Part shown: piece after piece, positions 49,843-61,609 of the stretch
How positions within the stretch are numbered: position 1 is the first letter of the stretch
How the letters are laid out: every line of letters starts with the position of its first letter
DNA from: Heterodontus francisci
Lineage: Eukaryota
Direction of reading: 5' to 3'
Assembly: GCF_036365525.1 (NCBI RefSeq)
Contig: NC_090382.1
Span: forward strand, 79,623,223 to 79,687,222
DNA length: 64,000 bases
The notes under the pieces: generated by a model
Database searches by the model: none
Seen by the model: the letters and a program-made list of their open reading frames with translations, nothing else
What the model was told of the DNA's origin: nothing
Program-made: the position numbers and the translations under genes

Positions 49843-49886
49843 CTTTTAAAGTCCCTCATCAGCCGCCGTCTCGCCGGAGTGGACAT
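49843..49886 (-). CDS. UBE2B: UBE2B coding exon 1 (44 nt)
   Basis: MSTPARRRLMRDFK(R), the RAD6 N-terminus; donor AG|GTGAAA; exon sizes 44/81/26/90/89/129 sum to 459 nt = 152 aa plus stop. Confidence 0.96.
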
Positions 49887-49899
49887 AACGTCAACAGTC

Positions 49900-50970
49900 G
49901 AACCACAGCAAGTCACTACGCGGTTATTGATTTAAATGTTTCCAGATTCACAGCAACAAAGAAGCCCAGATCTGCCCGCTCTGTTCCGGCTTCGGCCCAA
50001 CGCCGCTTCCCACCCCCCGCCCCCTTCTCTCCGCTCCGAGTAAACAGCAACCTCCGTGGCCGGTCGGCACCGTTCCTTCCTGCATTAGCCAATCACCACT
50101 CCGGCAGTAACATAACCAACCAATCACTTTGCCAATAAAACTACCACAATGACCAATCACAGTTCAAGACTAATGCACAAATCAAAACCAGCATAGGTAC
50201 TATCCTATCCAATCATAATTGAGCTACTCACTGACGCCAGCACAAATCGAACAGGAAAAGAGTATTGCAGCTTAGCCCCTTTTCACATGCGGAGGGGGAT
50301 TTATTTATCTACAGACATTTGTATTTCACTTTTTCTGTGCCTGTCGAAGTGGATTTTTCACACAGCTTGATATGAAATAATGTATTAACTGTATTAAGAA
50401 ACAAACTCTTTTCTTCAAGATATCTCTTAATCCATACTATGGCCGTAAACATAACTTCACCCCCTTATTGTAGATGAAGCTGTCGCGTCACCCGGCTTCT
50501 GACGCAATCGAGGTTTCTGAGAACATCGGGACGTCACTTGGCAACGGGTGGGCGTAGCCTCGGGGAAGGCGCCGGAAGGGCGTGGCCTCGGGGAAGGCGC
50601 CGGAAGGGCGTGGCCTCGGGGAAGGCACGGGTGGGCGTGGCCTCGGGGAAGGCACGGGTGGGCGTGGCCTCGGGGGCAGGGGTGGGAGGGGCGTAGCCTC
50701 GGGGGAAGGAGTGGGAGGGGCGTGGCCTCGGGGGAAGGAGTGGGAGGGGCGTGGCCTCGGGGAAGGGGTGGGAGGGGCGTGGCCTCGGGGGGAATACGTC
50801 GGAGAGGCAGGCGGTGAAAAGCGGTTCTCTCCCTGGCGGAGTGGAGGCAGGAAGTCTTGCATTGACTTTTATAAGCTGTGGTTGGGCTAAGATTGTTAAA
50901 TATATTCACTGGAGATTGCTGTTTCTCTGTTTAATTATTTTGCAGTAGCAATTTAAAGAGGGAAGTGAGT
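49900..50970. promoter_or_regulatory. Probable bidirectional CpG-island promoter for UBE2B (-) and CDKL3 (+)
   Basis: CCAAT at 50089, 50120, 50132, 50153, 50209; ETS TTCCGG at 49984; TGACG half-CREs; X-box at 50533; candidate + strand donor GTGAGT at 50965. Confidence 0.65.
50546..50792. repeat. GC-rich minisatellite, 9 units of ~27-30 bp
   Basis: Core GGGCGT(G/A)GCCTCGGGG repeated 9 times with variable purine-rich spacers. Confidence 0.92.
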
Positions 50971-51351
50971 CCGGGAAGATGAAGGGCTCCAGCCCCTGTA
51001 CTTTAATCGGAGTAAATAATGATTGTTGTTTAAATTACACGGACATTACACGCCCGGTTTATTCCTGATTTGTTTTAACCTGCCCTTAATAAATAAATAC
51101 ATCCTGTTCAAGAGTTGACCAAATTCTGGGAGTGACGTTTGAGAGATGCCTGTTTAAATGTCCAGAAACAACGTGCAGACAATGAGGGAGTGATTTTCAC
51201 TCCTGATCATCTGAGTCAGTTTGCAGCTGTGTCGTGTTAATTCTGAAAGGCTGCGTGGGTTAAGTGCGGAGCAAAAAAGCGGAAAGAGGTGACTAATTTA
51301 TCAAACTTTTCCCCTGCACCTTCTCTAAAGGTGGAGTATTAAAAAGCAGAG

Positions 51352-51481
51352 GCAAAACAAAAAGTGCTGGAAATACTCAGCAGTATTTGTGGAGAGAGAT
51401 GCAGAGTTGACATTTCAGAACCTGCTGAGTATTTCCAGCACTTTTTGTTTCAGATTTCCAGCATCTGCACTATTTTGCTGC
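51352..51481. mobile_element. Self-inverted Penelope-like element, hammerhead portion lost
   Basis: AAAAAGTGCTGGAAATACTCAGCAG / CTGCTGAGTATTTCCAGCACTTTTT inverted; near-TSD TAAAAAGCAGAG / TAAAAGGCAGAG. Confidence 0.65.
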
Positions 51482-52082
51482 TAAAAGGCAGAGCCCTGGG
51501 GAAGGCAAATTTAAATGAATCAACTCCTGTTGTGTGTCTGGCTTCCTGTTCGGATCCGCGTTCTATAACGCGGGTTTGGGAACTCCAAATTCCATTGTTT
51601 GTAGTAACCAAGTGAGTTGCTATGGGAGCGGCTGAGCTCCAAGTTATGAACACTGAGAACAGAAAGACGAGATCAAAACCATTCACAGCAGGACGATGGG
51701 TGTGGGATCAACACGTGCCTCTTGAATAAGAGTTGTGTTTACCTCCGGTCGGATTGAAAGCAGAGCAAATATTGCACCCGCTGGGTTTTAGCCACCAACC
51801 GAATGGAATTTGTTTGCTCTACTAAAGAGTGATTAAAAAAACACAACTTCACGAATCATCGCAGGATGGATGCGTCTGAGCACCACTTTAAACTAATTCT
51901 GGATTTTCAATGATTGGACTCATTCTTGAGTAGGTAGGTTATGTAGAAAGGTCGTTTTACTCGAATGCAGATATTTTATATTTAGGGGAGTTAGCAAGAA
52001 TTAATTCATTTAAAATACACTGTAGCATCTGTCGTGCATCTACCAAATCACAACCTGTACTGCAAAGGATTGGTATGAATCA

Positions 52083-55000
52083 TAGGACCATAGAAAGTTT
52101 ACGGTACAGAAAGAGGCCACTTGGCTCATTGTGTCTGTGCTGGCTGAGAAACGAGCCACCCAGACTAATCCCACCTTCCAGCATTTGGTCCGTAGCCCTG
52201 TGGGTTACAGCACTTGAAGTGCATATCCAGACACCTTTTAAATGTGTTGAGGATTTCTGCCTCTACTACCCCTTCGGGCAATGAGTTTCAGACCCCAACC
52301 ACCCACTGGGTGAAAAATTCTTTCCTTATCTCCCCTCTAATTTTTCTACCCATCACTTTAAAGCTATGCCCCCTAGTTACTGACCTCTCTGCTAAGGTAA
52401 ATAGGCCCCTCACAATTTTGCACATTTCAATCAAACCTCCCCCCAGCCTTGTCTGTTCCAAGGAGAACAACCTCAGCCGATCCAATCTTTCCACATAGCT
52501 GCATTTTTTCAGTCCTGACAACATCCTGGTAAATCTCCTCTGTACCCTCTCTAGTGCAATTACATCCTTTCTGTAATGAGGTGACTGGAATTGCACACAG
52601 CACTCAAGTTGTGGCCTAACTAATAATTTATAGAGATTTATAATAAGTTATAAAGAGCATAACCTCCCTGCTCTTATATTCTATACCTCAACTAATGAAG
52701 GAAAAGTTTCCATATGCCTTCTCAACCATCTTAACTAATCTGTGGACATTCACTCCAAGATCTCTCACTTCCTCTACGCCTCTCAGTATTCTCCCATTAA
52801 TTGTGTATTCCTTTGCCTTGTTTGACCTTCTCAAATGCATCACCTTACACTTCTCCAAGTTGAATTCCATTTGCCACTTTTCTGCCCCTGACCAGACCAA
52901 CAATATCTTCCTGCAGCCTATAGTTATCTTCCTCGCTAACAACCACATGGCCAATTTTTGTGTCGCCTGCAAACTTCTTGATCATGCCCCCTACATTTAT
53001 GTCCAAATCATTAATATATTCCAGAAAAAGCAGGGGACCCAGCACTGAGCCCTGTGGAAAGCCACAGGAAACAGCCTTCCGGTCACAAAAACACCTGTCA
53101 ACAATTACCTTTTGTTTCCTGCCACTGAGCCAATTTTGTATCCAGCTGTTACATTTCCATGGACATTTATTTTAACCAGTCTGCCGTGTGGGACCTTGTC
53201 AAAGTCTTGCTAAAATCCATGTAGACCACATCAACTGCACTATCCTCATCAATCCTCCTTGTTACTTCTTCAAAAACTTCAATCAAGTTAGTCAGACAAG
53301 ATCTTCCGTTAACAAATCCATGCTGACTATCCTTGATTAATCCATGCCCTTCTAAGTGACAGTTTATCCTGTCTCTCAGAATTGATTCCAATAATTTGCC
53401 CACTACTGAGGTTAGACTGACTAGCCTGTAATTATTCGGTCTATCCCTCACTCCTTTTTTAAACAAAGGTACAATGTTAGCAGTTCTCCAATCCTCTGGC
53501 ACCACACCTGTATGTGAGGACTGGAAAATGATGGACAGACCTTCTGCTATTTCCTCCCTGGCTGCTTTTAACAGCTTGGGGTACATTTCATCTGGCCCTG
53601 GTGATTTATCAACTTTCAAGGATGCTAATCCCATTAATACTTCCTCTCTCCCTATGTTTATCACATCCAATACTTCACATCCCTCTTCCTTAACTACAAT
53701 ATCTGCATCATCCCTCTCTTTTGTGAGGAGAGACACAAAGTATTCATTAAGAACCATACCAATATCTTCCGATCTACACATAGGTTACCTTTTTGGTCTT
53801 TTATGGGCCCTACTCTCTCCTTAGTTATCCGCTTACTCTTAATGTATTGATAAAACATCTTTGGGTTCACCTTGATTTTGCTTGCCAATATTCTTTCATG
53901 CCCTCTCTTTGCTTTCCTAATTTCCTTTTTGATTTCACCCCTTCACTTTCTATACTCCTCTCAGCTTTCTGTAGTGTTGAGTTCTCGGTGTCGGACATAA
54001 GCTTTCCTTTTCTGCCTTATCTTACCCTGTAAGCTCCTTGACATCCATGGGGCTCTAGATTTGGCTGTTCTACCCTTTTTCTTTGTGGAAACATGCTTAC
54101 TCTGAACCCCTTGAATCTCCCCTTTGAATGCCTCCTGCTGCTCTGACACTGATTTAGCTTCCACTTTCGCTAAATGACTCCTAAGCTAGGTAAAATTGGA
54201 ATTGCCCGAATTGTGAACTCTAACTCCTGTTCTATCCTTGTCCTTTTCCATAATTATGTTAAAACTGACTGAATTATGATCACTATCACCAAAATGCTCT
54301 TCCATTGCCCTTCCTTCCACCTGCCCTGCTTCATTTCCTAAAACTAAGTCCAAAACTGCGCCCTCTCCTTGGACTTGCTATATACTGGTCAAAATAGTTC
54401 GCCTGAATGCACCTCAAGAATCCTGCTCCCTCAATTCCTTTCACACTAAAACTATCCCAGTTGATATTGTATTGGTTAAAATTCCATACTGCCCTATTGT
54501 TTTTGCACTTCTCAGAGATTTGCCTGCATATCTCCCTCTAACTGTTTGGAGGTCCATAGTACACTTCCAGCAGCGTGATTGCTCCTTTTTTGTTCCTTGG
54601 CTCAATCCATATGACCTCATTTGATGAACCCTCTAACTGATCATCCCTCCTCACAGCTGTAATTGTTTCTTTCACCAAAACTGCCACCCCCCCTCCTTTT
54701 TTATCCACTTCTGTATCGCGTCTGAAAACGCTGTAACCAGGAACGTTGAGCTGCCATTCCTGTCCCTCCTTAAGCCATGTTACTGTAATAGCTATTTTAT
54801 CATACTGCCACATGCCTATCAGTGCCCTCAGCTCATTTACTTTATTTGCTATACTCCTTGCATTGAAGTAGATACCCTTGACCACTGCCAAACTCTTTTT
54901 TTAAATTTTCTAGCCTTTGTTTCCTCTGCCTTCCTGACTAATCCATTAATTTTCTGCCTTCCATTTCCATTTTTGATTTTGTCTCAACTGAGTCTACCCT

Positions 55001-55448
55001 CAGGTCCCCATCCCCCTGCCAAACTAGTTTAAACCCTCTCCAACAGCACTAACAAAGCATCTCGTAAGGAACTCAGTCCCGGCTCTGTTCAGATGCAACC
55101 CGTCCGGCCTGTACAGGTCCTATCTCCCCAGAGCCGGTCCCAATGTCCCAGGAATCTAAAGCCCTCCCTCCTGCACCAACTTTCCAGGCACGCATTCATC
55201 TTATTCTTCTATTCCTGTACACACTTGTGTGTGGCACTGGGAGAAATCTGGAGATTACTACTTTTGAGGTCCTGCTTGCTAATTTCTTACCTAGCTCAGT
55301 AAGCTCTTTCTGCAGAACCACTTCCCTCTTTCTACCTATGTCTTTGGTACCAATGTGGACCACGACTGCTGGTAGTTCACCCTCCCCACTCAGAATGCTC
55401 TGCAGCTGTTCAGTGATATTGTTGACTCTGGCACCAGGGAGGCAACAC
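52083..55448 (-). mobile_element. Near full-length CR1 LINE (part of ORF1 plus ORF2, frameshifted)
   Basis: ORFs 54538-54891 (APE, NARSIANK), 53167-53781 (KSPGPD, YMDFSK), 52845-53045, 52288-52596. Confidence 0.92.
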
Positions 55449-55703
55449 AGAGCACCAACCAGCTCTACTTCCCAAATGGCTGTAAGTTTTGAAAATTAAA
55501 TTGTTATAAAGAAAAAGAAACTTGCAATTATATAACATCTTTCAAGAACTGTTGTGGGATTACACATGGATTCAGTAGTGCTAGAGGATGTGAGATAGTT
55601 AGAACAGGGTTTGCAGATGTAATTCAGTACCTACATTTAAGTCATACATTTTGTCGTCATTGTATTTCCATTATTCCTTTATCCATATTTATAATGAAAC
55701 CAA

Positions 55704-56457
55704 GGGCTGGATATTACGGTGGGCAGGGGGGAGGCCCATCCACTGGCCGAAAGGTCGGTGGCGATCCCGCCTTCGCCGGGCCTGGGGATCCAGACAGAAT
55801 TTTACGTTCCCCAAGCCCTTACTTGGTCTTGGGTGGGACTTCCACCTCATTGAGGCAGAAAGTCCCGCCTAATGGAGCTGCCGACCAATCAGTGGGCCAG
55901 CAGCTCTTAGTCCCAGCAGCGCCACCAGGAGTGGTGACCACTGCTGGGACTACACCCAGGAAGATGATGGACATCCCTGGAAAAGAGGTAAGTTTTTAGG
56001 GCCTCACCGGGGCCAATTGGGCGGGACCCGGCAAGGCAAGGGAGGTCGGTTGGGGGGGGGGCGGATGGGGGGTGTGTTGTGCGTTGAAGCAGTTGGGGCT
56101 TCGGGGGCGGCCCTCCATCGAGCACTGGGTCTCCGATCAGGAGTGCCCCCCCCCCCCCCCCAGCCTGCCAGAATGCTGCCTACTTTTGTCAGGCGAGTTT
56201 TCTGAGGCCTCGGGCACCTGCCAGCCAAACATAAAATACACGTGGCAGCAGGGTTAATTGTTAATTATGGTTAAGCATGGTTAATTAAGTTAATTGGCCA
56301 CTTAAGGGCCTTGATTGGCCTGGGGCGGGCGGGCTGTTTCTCGCAGCCGCCACTCCGCGTAAATTGTCAGCGGAGGTGGGAGCCGGTCGGGAATGCCCCC
56401 CAGCCTCCCACTCTATTTTACGCCATCACACTTTTTTGGGGGCGTGCAATTCCGGCC
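55704..56457. mobile_element. Harbinger-like MITE
   Basis: Ends GGGCTGGATATT / AATTCCGGCC|TAA; interior AGCTGCC..CCAATCAG..GCCACCAGGAG shared with 25230-25847. Confidence 0.6.
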
Positions 56458-56620
56458 TAACTCTGTAAACGTGTCACATTGCACTTTCCTACCAGCTGCA
56501 GCACCTCCACTGCTGGGTATTAAATTAGAGTGTGCAACGTTTACATAAGCAGTTTCCGTTATAAATGTGGACACAGGAATTTTAATTGAAAAATTGATAG
56601 GGCTGAATAGATGAACGATT

Positions 56621-56641
56621 TTTATATATATATATATATAT
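56621..56641. repeat. (TA)n microsatellite
   Basis: About 10 TA units. Confidence 0.9.
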
Positions 56642-56869
56642 GATTTTATGTTTAAGAGCTCTTGTCCAATTATATTCTGTTGTTGTGCTGTTTCCTATTG
56701 AGTCTTGCATTAAAAATAAATCAAGATGCTGTTTTGGATTTTTTTGGCAAAGCATCTTACAGTTTATGGGTTTTTTACGCCAGATATTTTCTTGGTTTCG
56801 GCATCATTCTTGGAAGCAGACCTCACATCCCCTATGATCTGCAGTGCAATATTTTCTGCCCAACAGCAT

Positions 56870-57302
56870 CAGCCGTGGATTAAATGGGAAGCACTCTTGC
56901 ATCTGAGTCACACTTCAGAGACTTAAGCACAAAAATATAGGCTGACATTCTAGTGGAGCACTGCACTGTAGGAGGTACTGTCCTTTGGATGAGATGTTAA
57001 ACTGAGGCCCTGTCTGTTCTCTCAGATGGGCATAAAAGATCCAATGGCACTATTTTGAAGACGAGCAGGGAAGTTCTTCCCCAGTGTCTTGGTCAATATT
57101 TATCCCTCAATCAACAACCCTAAAAAAAACAGATGATCTGGTCGTCACACCACTGTTTTGGTAATTACTGTGTGCAACTTGGCTGCTGTGTTTCCTATAT
57201 CACAGCAGTGAGTACACTTCAAAAGTATTTCATTGACTGTAAAAGTGCCTTGGGATATCCAGGGGTTGTGAAAGTTGCTATATAAATGCAAGTTTTTCTT
57301 AT
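56870..57302 (+). mobile_element. Deu-domain SINE (SacSINE1/AmnSINE1-like)
   Basis: GATGAGATGTTAAACTGAGGCCC..AAAGATCCAATGGCACT..GAAGA core and tail GTGAAAG..GCTATATAAATGCAAGT. Confidence 0.75.
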
Positions 57303-57988
57303 TCCAATGATAAGATGACACAAGGACCATAAAAATATCCCTTATTCCATACACATCCTATGGAAATATGTTACGTGCTACCACATGAATTCTCCTATCT
57401 TGGAAGATGGATTGAATAGGCACTTCACGGTACGGCACAGACTTTGGGCCAGTGGCTGGTTTACTTAAGTAAAACACAGTAATGAATAATATGCTGTTTG
57501 AGAATGTATGCCCTTACACTCCTTGGCCTATGAAAACAACAAAGGTACAACGTTTTCTGCAAACATGGGCTGTATGACGGAAGTCTAGCTTAACTCGAGG
57601 AAGCTGAGCTGGTTCAGAATTTTAAAATTCAGACAGCCTTTTCCTGTTTTCTGCAAAATTGTACACAACACTGGCAGAGGATCCTAGCAATACAAAAATA
57701 TTCTAAATTTTTAAAACTCAAGCAATTCATGACAAAATCCAATTTACTACTGCCCTCATACATACAAATCCAAAGCTCCCACAAGAAAAAGGGAAGAAGG
57801 GCTTTAAGTTATATAGCACCTTTCATGAACTCAAGATGTCTCGAAGCGCTTTACAACCAATGGATTACTTTTGAAGTGTAGTCACTGTTATAATGTAAGA
57901 AATATTCAAATAACCAAATATTTAAACTTTGCCTGCAAAAGTAAATTGCTACCTCTCTTGATCACACCTAACTTTTGTTCTCCACCGG

Positions 57989-59900
57989 TGATATGCTCCT
58001 CCTGCGCTTTGTGGGAAATCAGGGACGCTTGCAGTATCCCTGACGAATGTGTGTGCAGGAAGTGTATCCATCTGCAGCTACTGGCAACCCGCATTACGAA
58101 GCTGGAGCTGCAGGTGGTTTCACTGTGGAGCATCCGTGATGCTGAGGACTTCGTGGATAGCATGTTTAGCGAGGTGGTCACACCACAGATAATGGCCGCA
58201 CAGGCAGAAAAGGGATGGGTGACCAACAGGCGGAGTAGTAGGTGCAGACAGGTAGTGCAGGGGTCCCCTGTGGCCACCCCCTCTCAAACAGATATACCGC
58301 TTTGGATACTGTTGGGATGGCCTCCCAGCGGAAAGCAGCAACAGCCAAGTTTGTGGCACCACGGATGGCTCTGCTGCACAGCAGGGAGGGAAAAAGACTG
58401 GGAGAGCCATAGTGATAGGAGATTCAATTGTAAGGGGAACAGACAGGCGTTTCTATGGCCACAAATGAGACCCCAGGATGGTATGTGCCTTCCTGGTGCT
58501 AGGGTCAAGGATGTCTTGGAGTGGCTGCAGGACATTCTGAAGGGGGAGGGTAAACAGCCAGTAGTCGTGGTACATGTCGGTACCAACGACATAGGTTAAA
58601 AAAAGGGATGAGGTCCTGCAAGATGAATTTAAGGAGTTAGGAGCTAAATTAAAAAGCAGGACCTCAAAGGTAATAATCTCAGGATTACTTCCTGTGCCAC
58701 GTGTTAGTGAGTATAGGAACAGGAGAATAGACCAGATGAATGCGTGGCTGGAGAAAAGGTGCAGGAGGAAGGGATTTAGATTCCAGGGACATCGGGACCG
58801 GTTCTGGGGAAGGTGGGACCTGTACAAGTGGGACAGGTTACACCCAGGCAGGACCGGACTAGATGTCCTCGCGGGGGCTTTTGTTAGTGCTGTTGGGGAG
58901 GATTTAAACTAGAATGGCAGGGGGATGGGAACCTGAGCGGGGAGACTGAGGAGGAGGAAACAAGGATAGAAACGAAAGACAGGGAACAAAAAGGCAAACG
59001 TGGAAGGCATAGAAATGAAGGGCAAGAAAAAAATAGGACCATAGTGCGAAATATTGCTAAGATGACTAAGAAAGTTAAAAAGACAAGCCTAAAGGCATTG
59101 TGTTTCAATGCGTGGAGTATTCGCAATAAGGTAGGCGAATTAATTGCGCAAATAGATGTAAATGGATACGATATAGTTGTGATTACGGAGACATGGCTGC
59201 AGGGTGACCAAGGATGGGAACTGAACATCCAGGATTATTCAATATTTAGGAACGTCAGGCAAAAAGGGAAAGGAGGTGGAAATCAATACAATAGTGAAGA
59301 AGCATATTAGTTCAGAGAATCTTGATGTGGAATCTGTATGGATGGAGCTAAGAAACAACAAGGGGCAGAAAATGTTGGTGGGGGTTGTGTATAGACCCCA
59401 AGACAGCAGTGGTGATGTAGAGGATGGCATTAAACAGGAAATTAGAGGCGCATGCAATAAAGGTGCAACTGTAATTATGGGTGACTTTCATCTTAATATG
59501 GATTGGGCGAACCAAATTAGCAATAATACTGCAGAGGAGGAATTCCTGGAGTGCGTACATGATGGTTTTTTGGACAAGTACATTGCGGAACCAACTAGAG
59601 AACAGGCCATCCTAGACTGGGTATCGTGTAATGAGAAAGGATCAGTTAACAATCTTGTTGTGCAGGGTCCCGTGGGGAAGGGCAACCATAACATGATAGA
59701 CTTCTTCATTAAGATGGAGAGTGAGCGAGTTGATTCCGAGACTAGGGTCCTGAATCTATATAAAGGAAACTATGAAGGTGTGAGGCGCGAGTTGGCTATG
59801 ATAGATTAGGGAACATTACTTAAGGGTTGGCAGTGGATAGGCAATGGCTAGCACTTAAAGAGTGCATGGATGAATTACAACAATTGTTTATTCCTGTCTG
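57989..59900 (+). mobile_element. CR1 LINE 5' portion: ORF1 (Zn-finger plus SGNH esterase) and APE, 3'-truncated
   Basis: CSSC..CRKC, GARVKDV, VVVHVGTNDIG, DRLHP; APE motifs NAWSIRNK, ITETWL, GVVYRP, MGDF. Confidence 0.9.
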
Positions 59901-61414
59901 TAAAGATTGGTTCCAGTACAATCCTTCACCAACTGGCTTTCTAAAATATAATATTGCCTTCTGTAAGGAGACAAACTACAGACGCAGCAGGAGTCCCATG
60001 CGCCTCAGGCAAACTGCCATTGTGCTAAGAAAATGCCAGTTAATTTGCATGATAATTGCCTTAATTGGCTTCCCGCTGCTGCCAGGTGGATTGCAGTCCA
60101 GGCATGCAGCCCACCCCTGGGAAAAGCAGCCGGAGGCGGGAAAACATCAATAAGCCAACCTAATACACTTTTTAAAAATTTTCCTCTCTTCCCCCCACCT
60201 TCCAAACCTGCCTCCAAGGGGCTGGGAAAATACCCCCCATTGTTTCTAATTTATATTTGCTACTTGGAATGAGAAGCTCAGTGCGAACCCGTTGAATGGG
60301 CAAACAATACCTAATTGGGAGAGGCAGTTGAACCAGGAGCAGTAGCCTAGAAACTACAAAATGATCTAGTGATATTAGAAGACATGGTACTCAACATATC
60401 TAATTACTATAGGACAACAATCAACAACACAAATAAAATGCTGAAATATCTAGCCAAAATAGCAGAGCAAGAGTCACAGGAAGTCAAACATAAACTGTAT
60501 AGTGCTCTGGTTAGATTACACTGAATATTGTGTCCAGTTTTGACCACCAGCGCACAATCTAGACATTCAAGACACAAGATCCTTAGCCTCAGAGTAATAA
60601 ATTGTGAGGAAAAACTGGAGTTTGGTTTTCCAGCCTTGAAAGGAGGCGATGGAGAGAAATAACATTATAAAGGGAGATAAGATAGTAAATGGTGTATAAA
60701 AGGTAATTCCGGAATACAACTTAAAATTAAGCTGTAATAGTAGGACAACAAGACACAGGTTCAAACTATTGAAAGGTAAATTTAGGATTGATATCAGAAA
60801 CTTGTTTTCATAAACTGATCAACAAGTGACTCCATGCACTTTTAAGTGGGATAGTGGATGTGTATGGCTGGAATTATTTAAGAGATTCTGTAGTGAAGGC
60901 TCTGGATGGATCAGTGAGGGAATTGAGACAATTTACTTTCTTCATCTGTATCAATTTTGTGAGCAGCTGTGACGATGACGAAGCACAGAGCAAGAACAAG
61001 GCATCTGTCCATGAAAGAGGAAATTAAATGGGTATATAAGGCTGTTTTATACAATCCCAGCCAACAATGCAATGGACAACATACTCTTACGCTTCCACCA
61101 ATTTTATTTTGAAAACAGCCATTCCCCTCTGCAGAAGCATTTGGCCATGCTTCAATGCTTCCCATCAGACCACAGCCAGAGTCACTAATTCAGAATGGAG
61201 TGCACTGTGGATGAGAACTGCACCTTGCAGCTTTTAACTCTGGGCAGGGGTGCTCCAACATTCTGTAACCCGCACCTCCCTTTATTACTATTATATTTCA
61301 TAGAGCTGAATAGGAATAAGGTGCTGTTAATTAAACACATATTCCATATGTTTTCACTGACTATAATCCATAACTCCTTATTAACAGCAACATATATATT
61401 CTGATACAGGTTAA

Positions 61415-61609
<195 letters not shown>

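Noticed and set aside
50546-50792. CRISPR-like array (conserved core with variable spacers)
   Set aside because: Spacers are short, mutually related and duplicated; no cas genes; vertebrate DNA. It is a minisatellite.
50457-50948. Pro/Gly-rich ORFs on both strands
   Set aside because: Translations of the GC minisatellite
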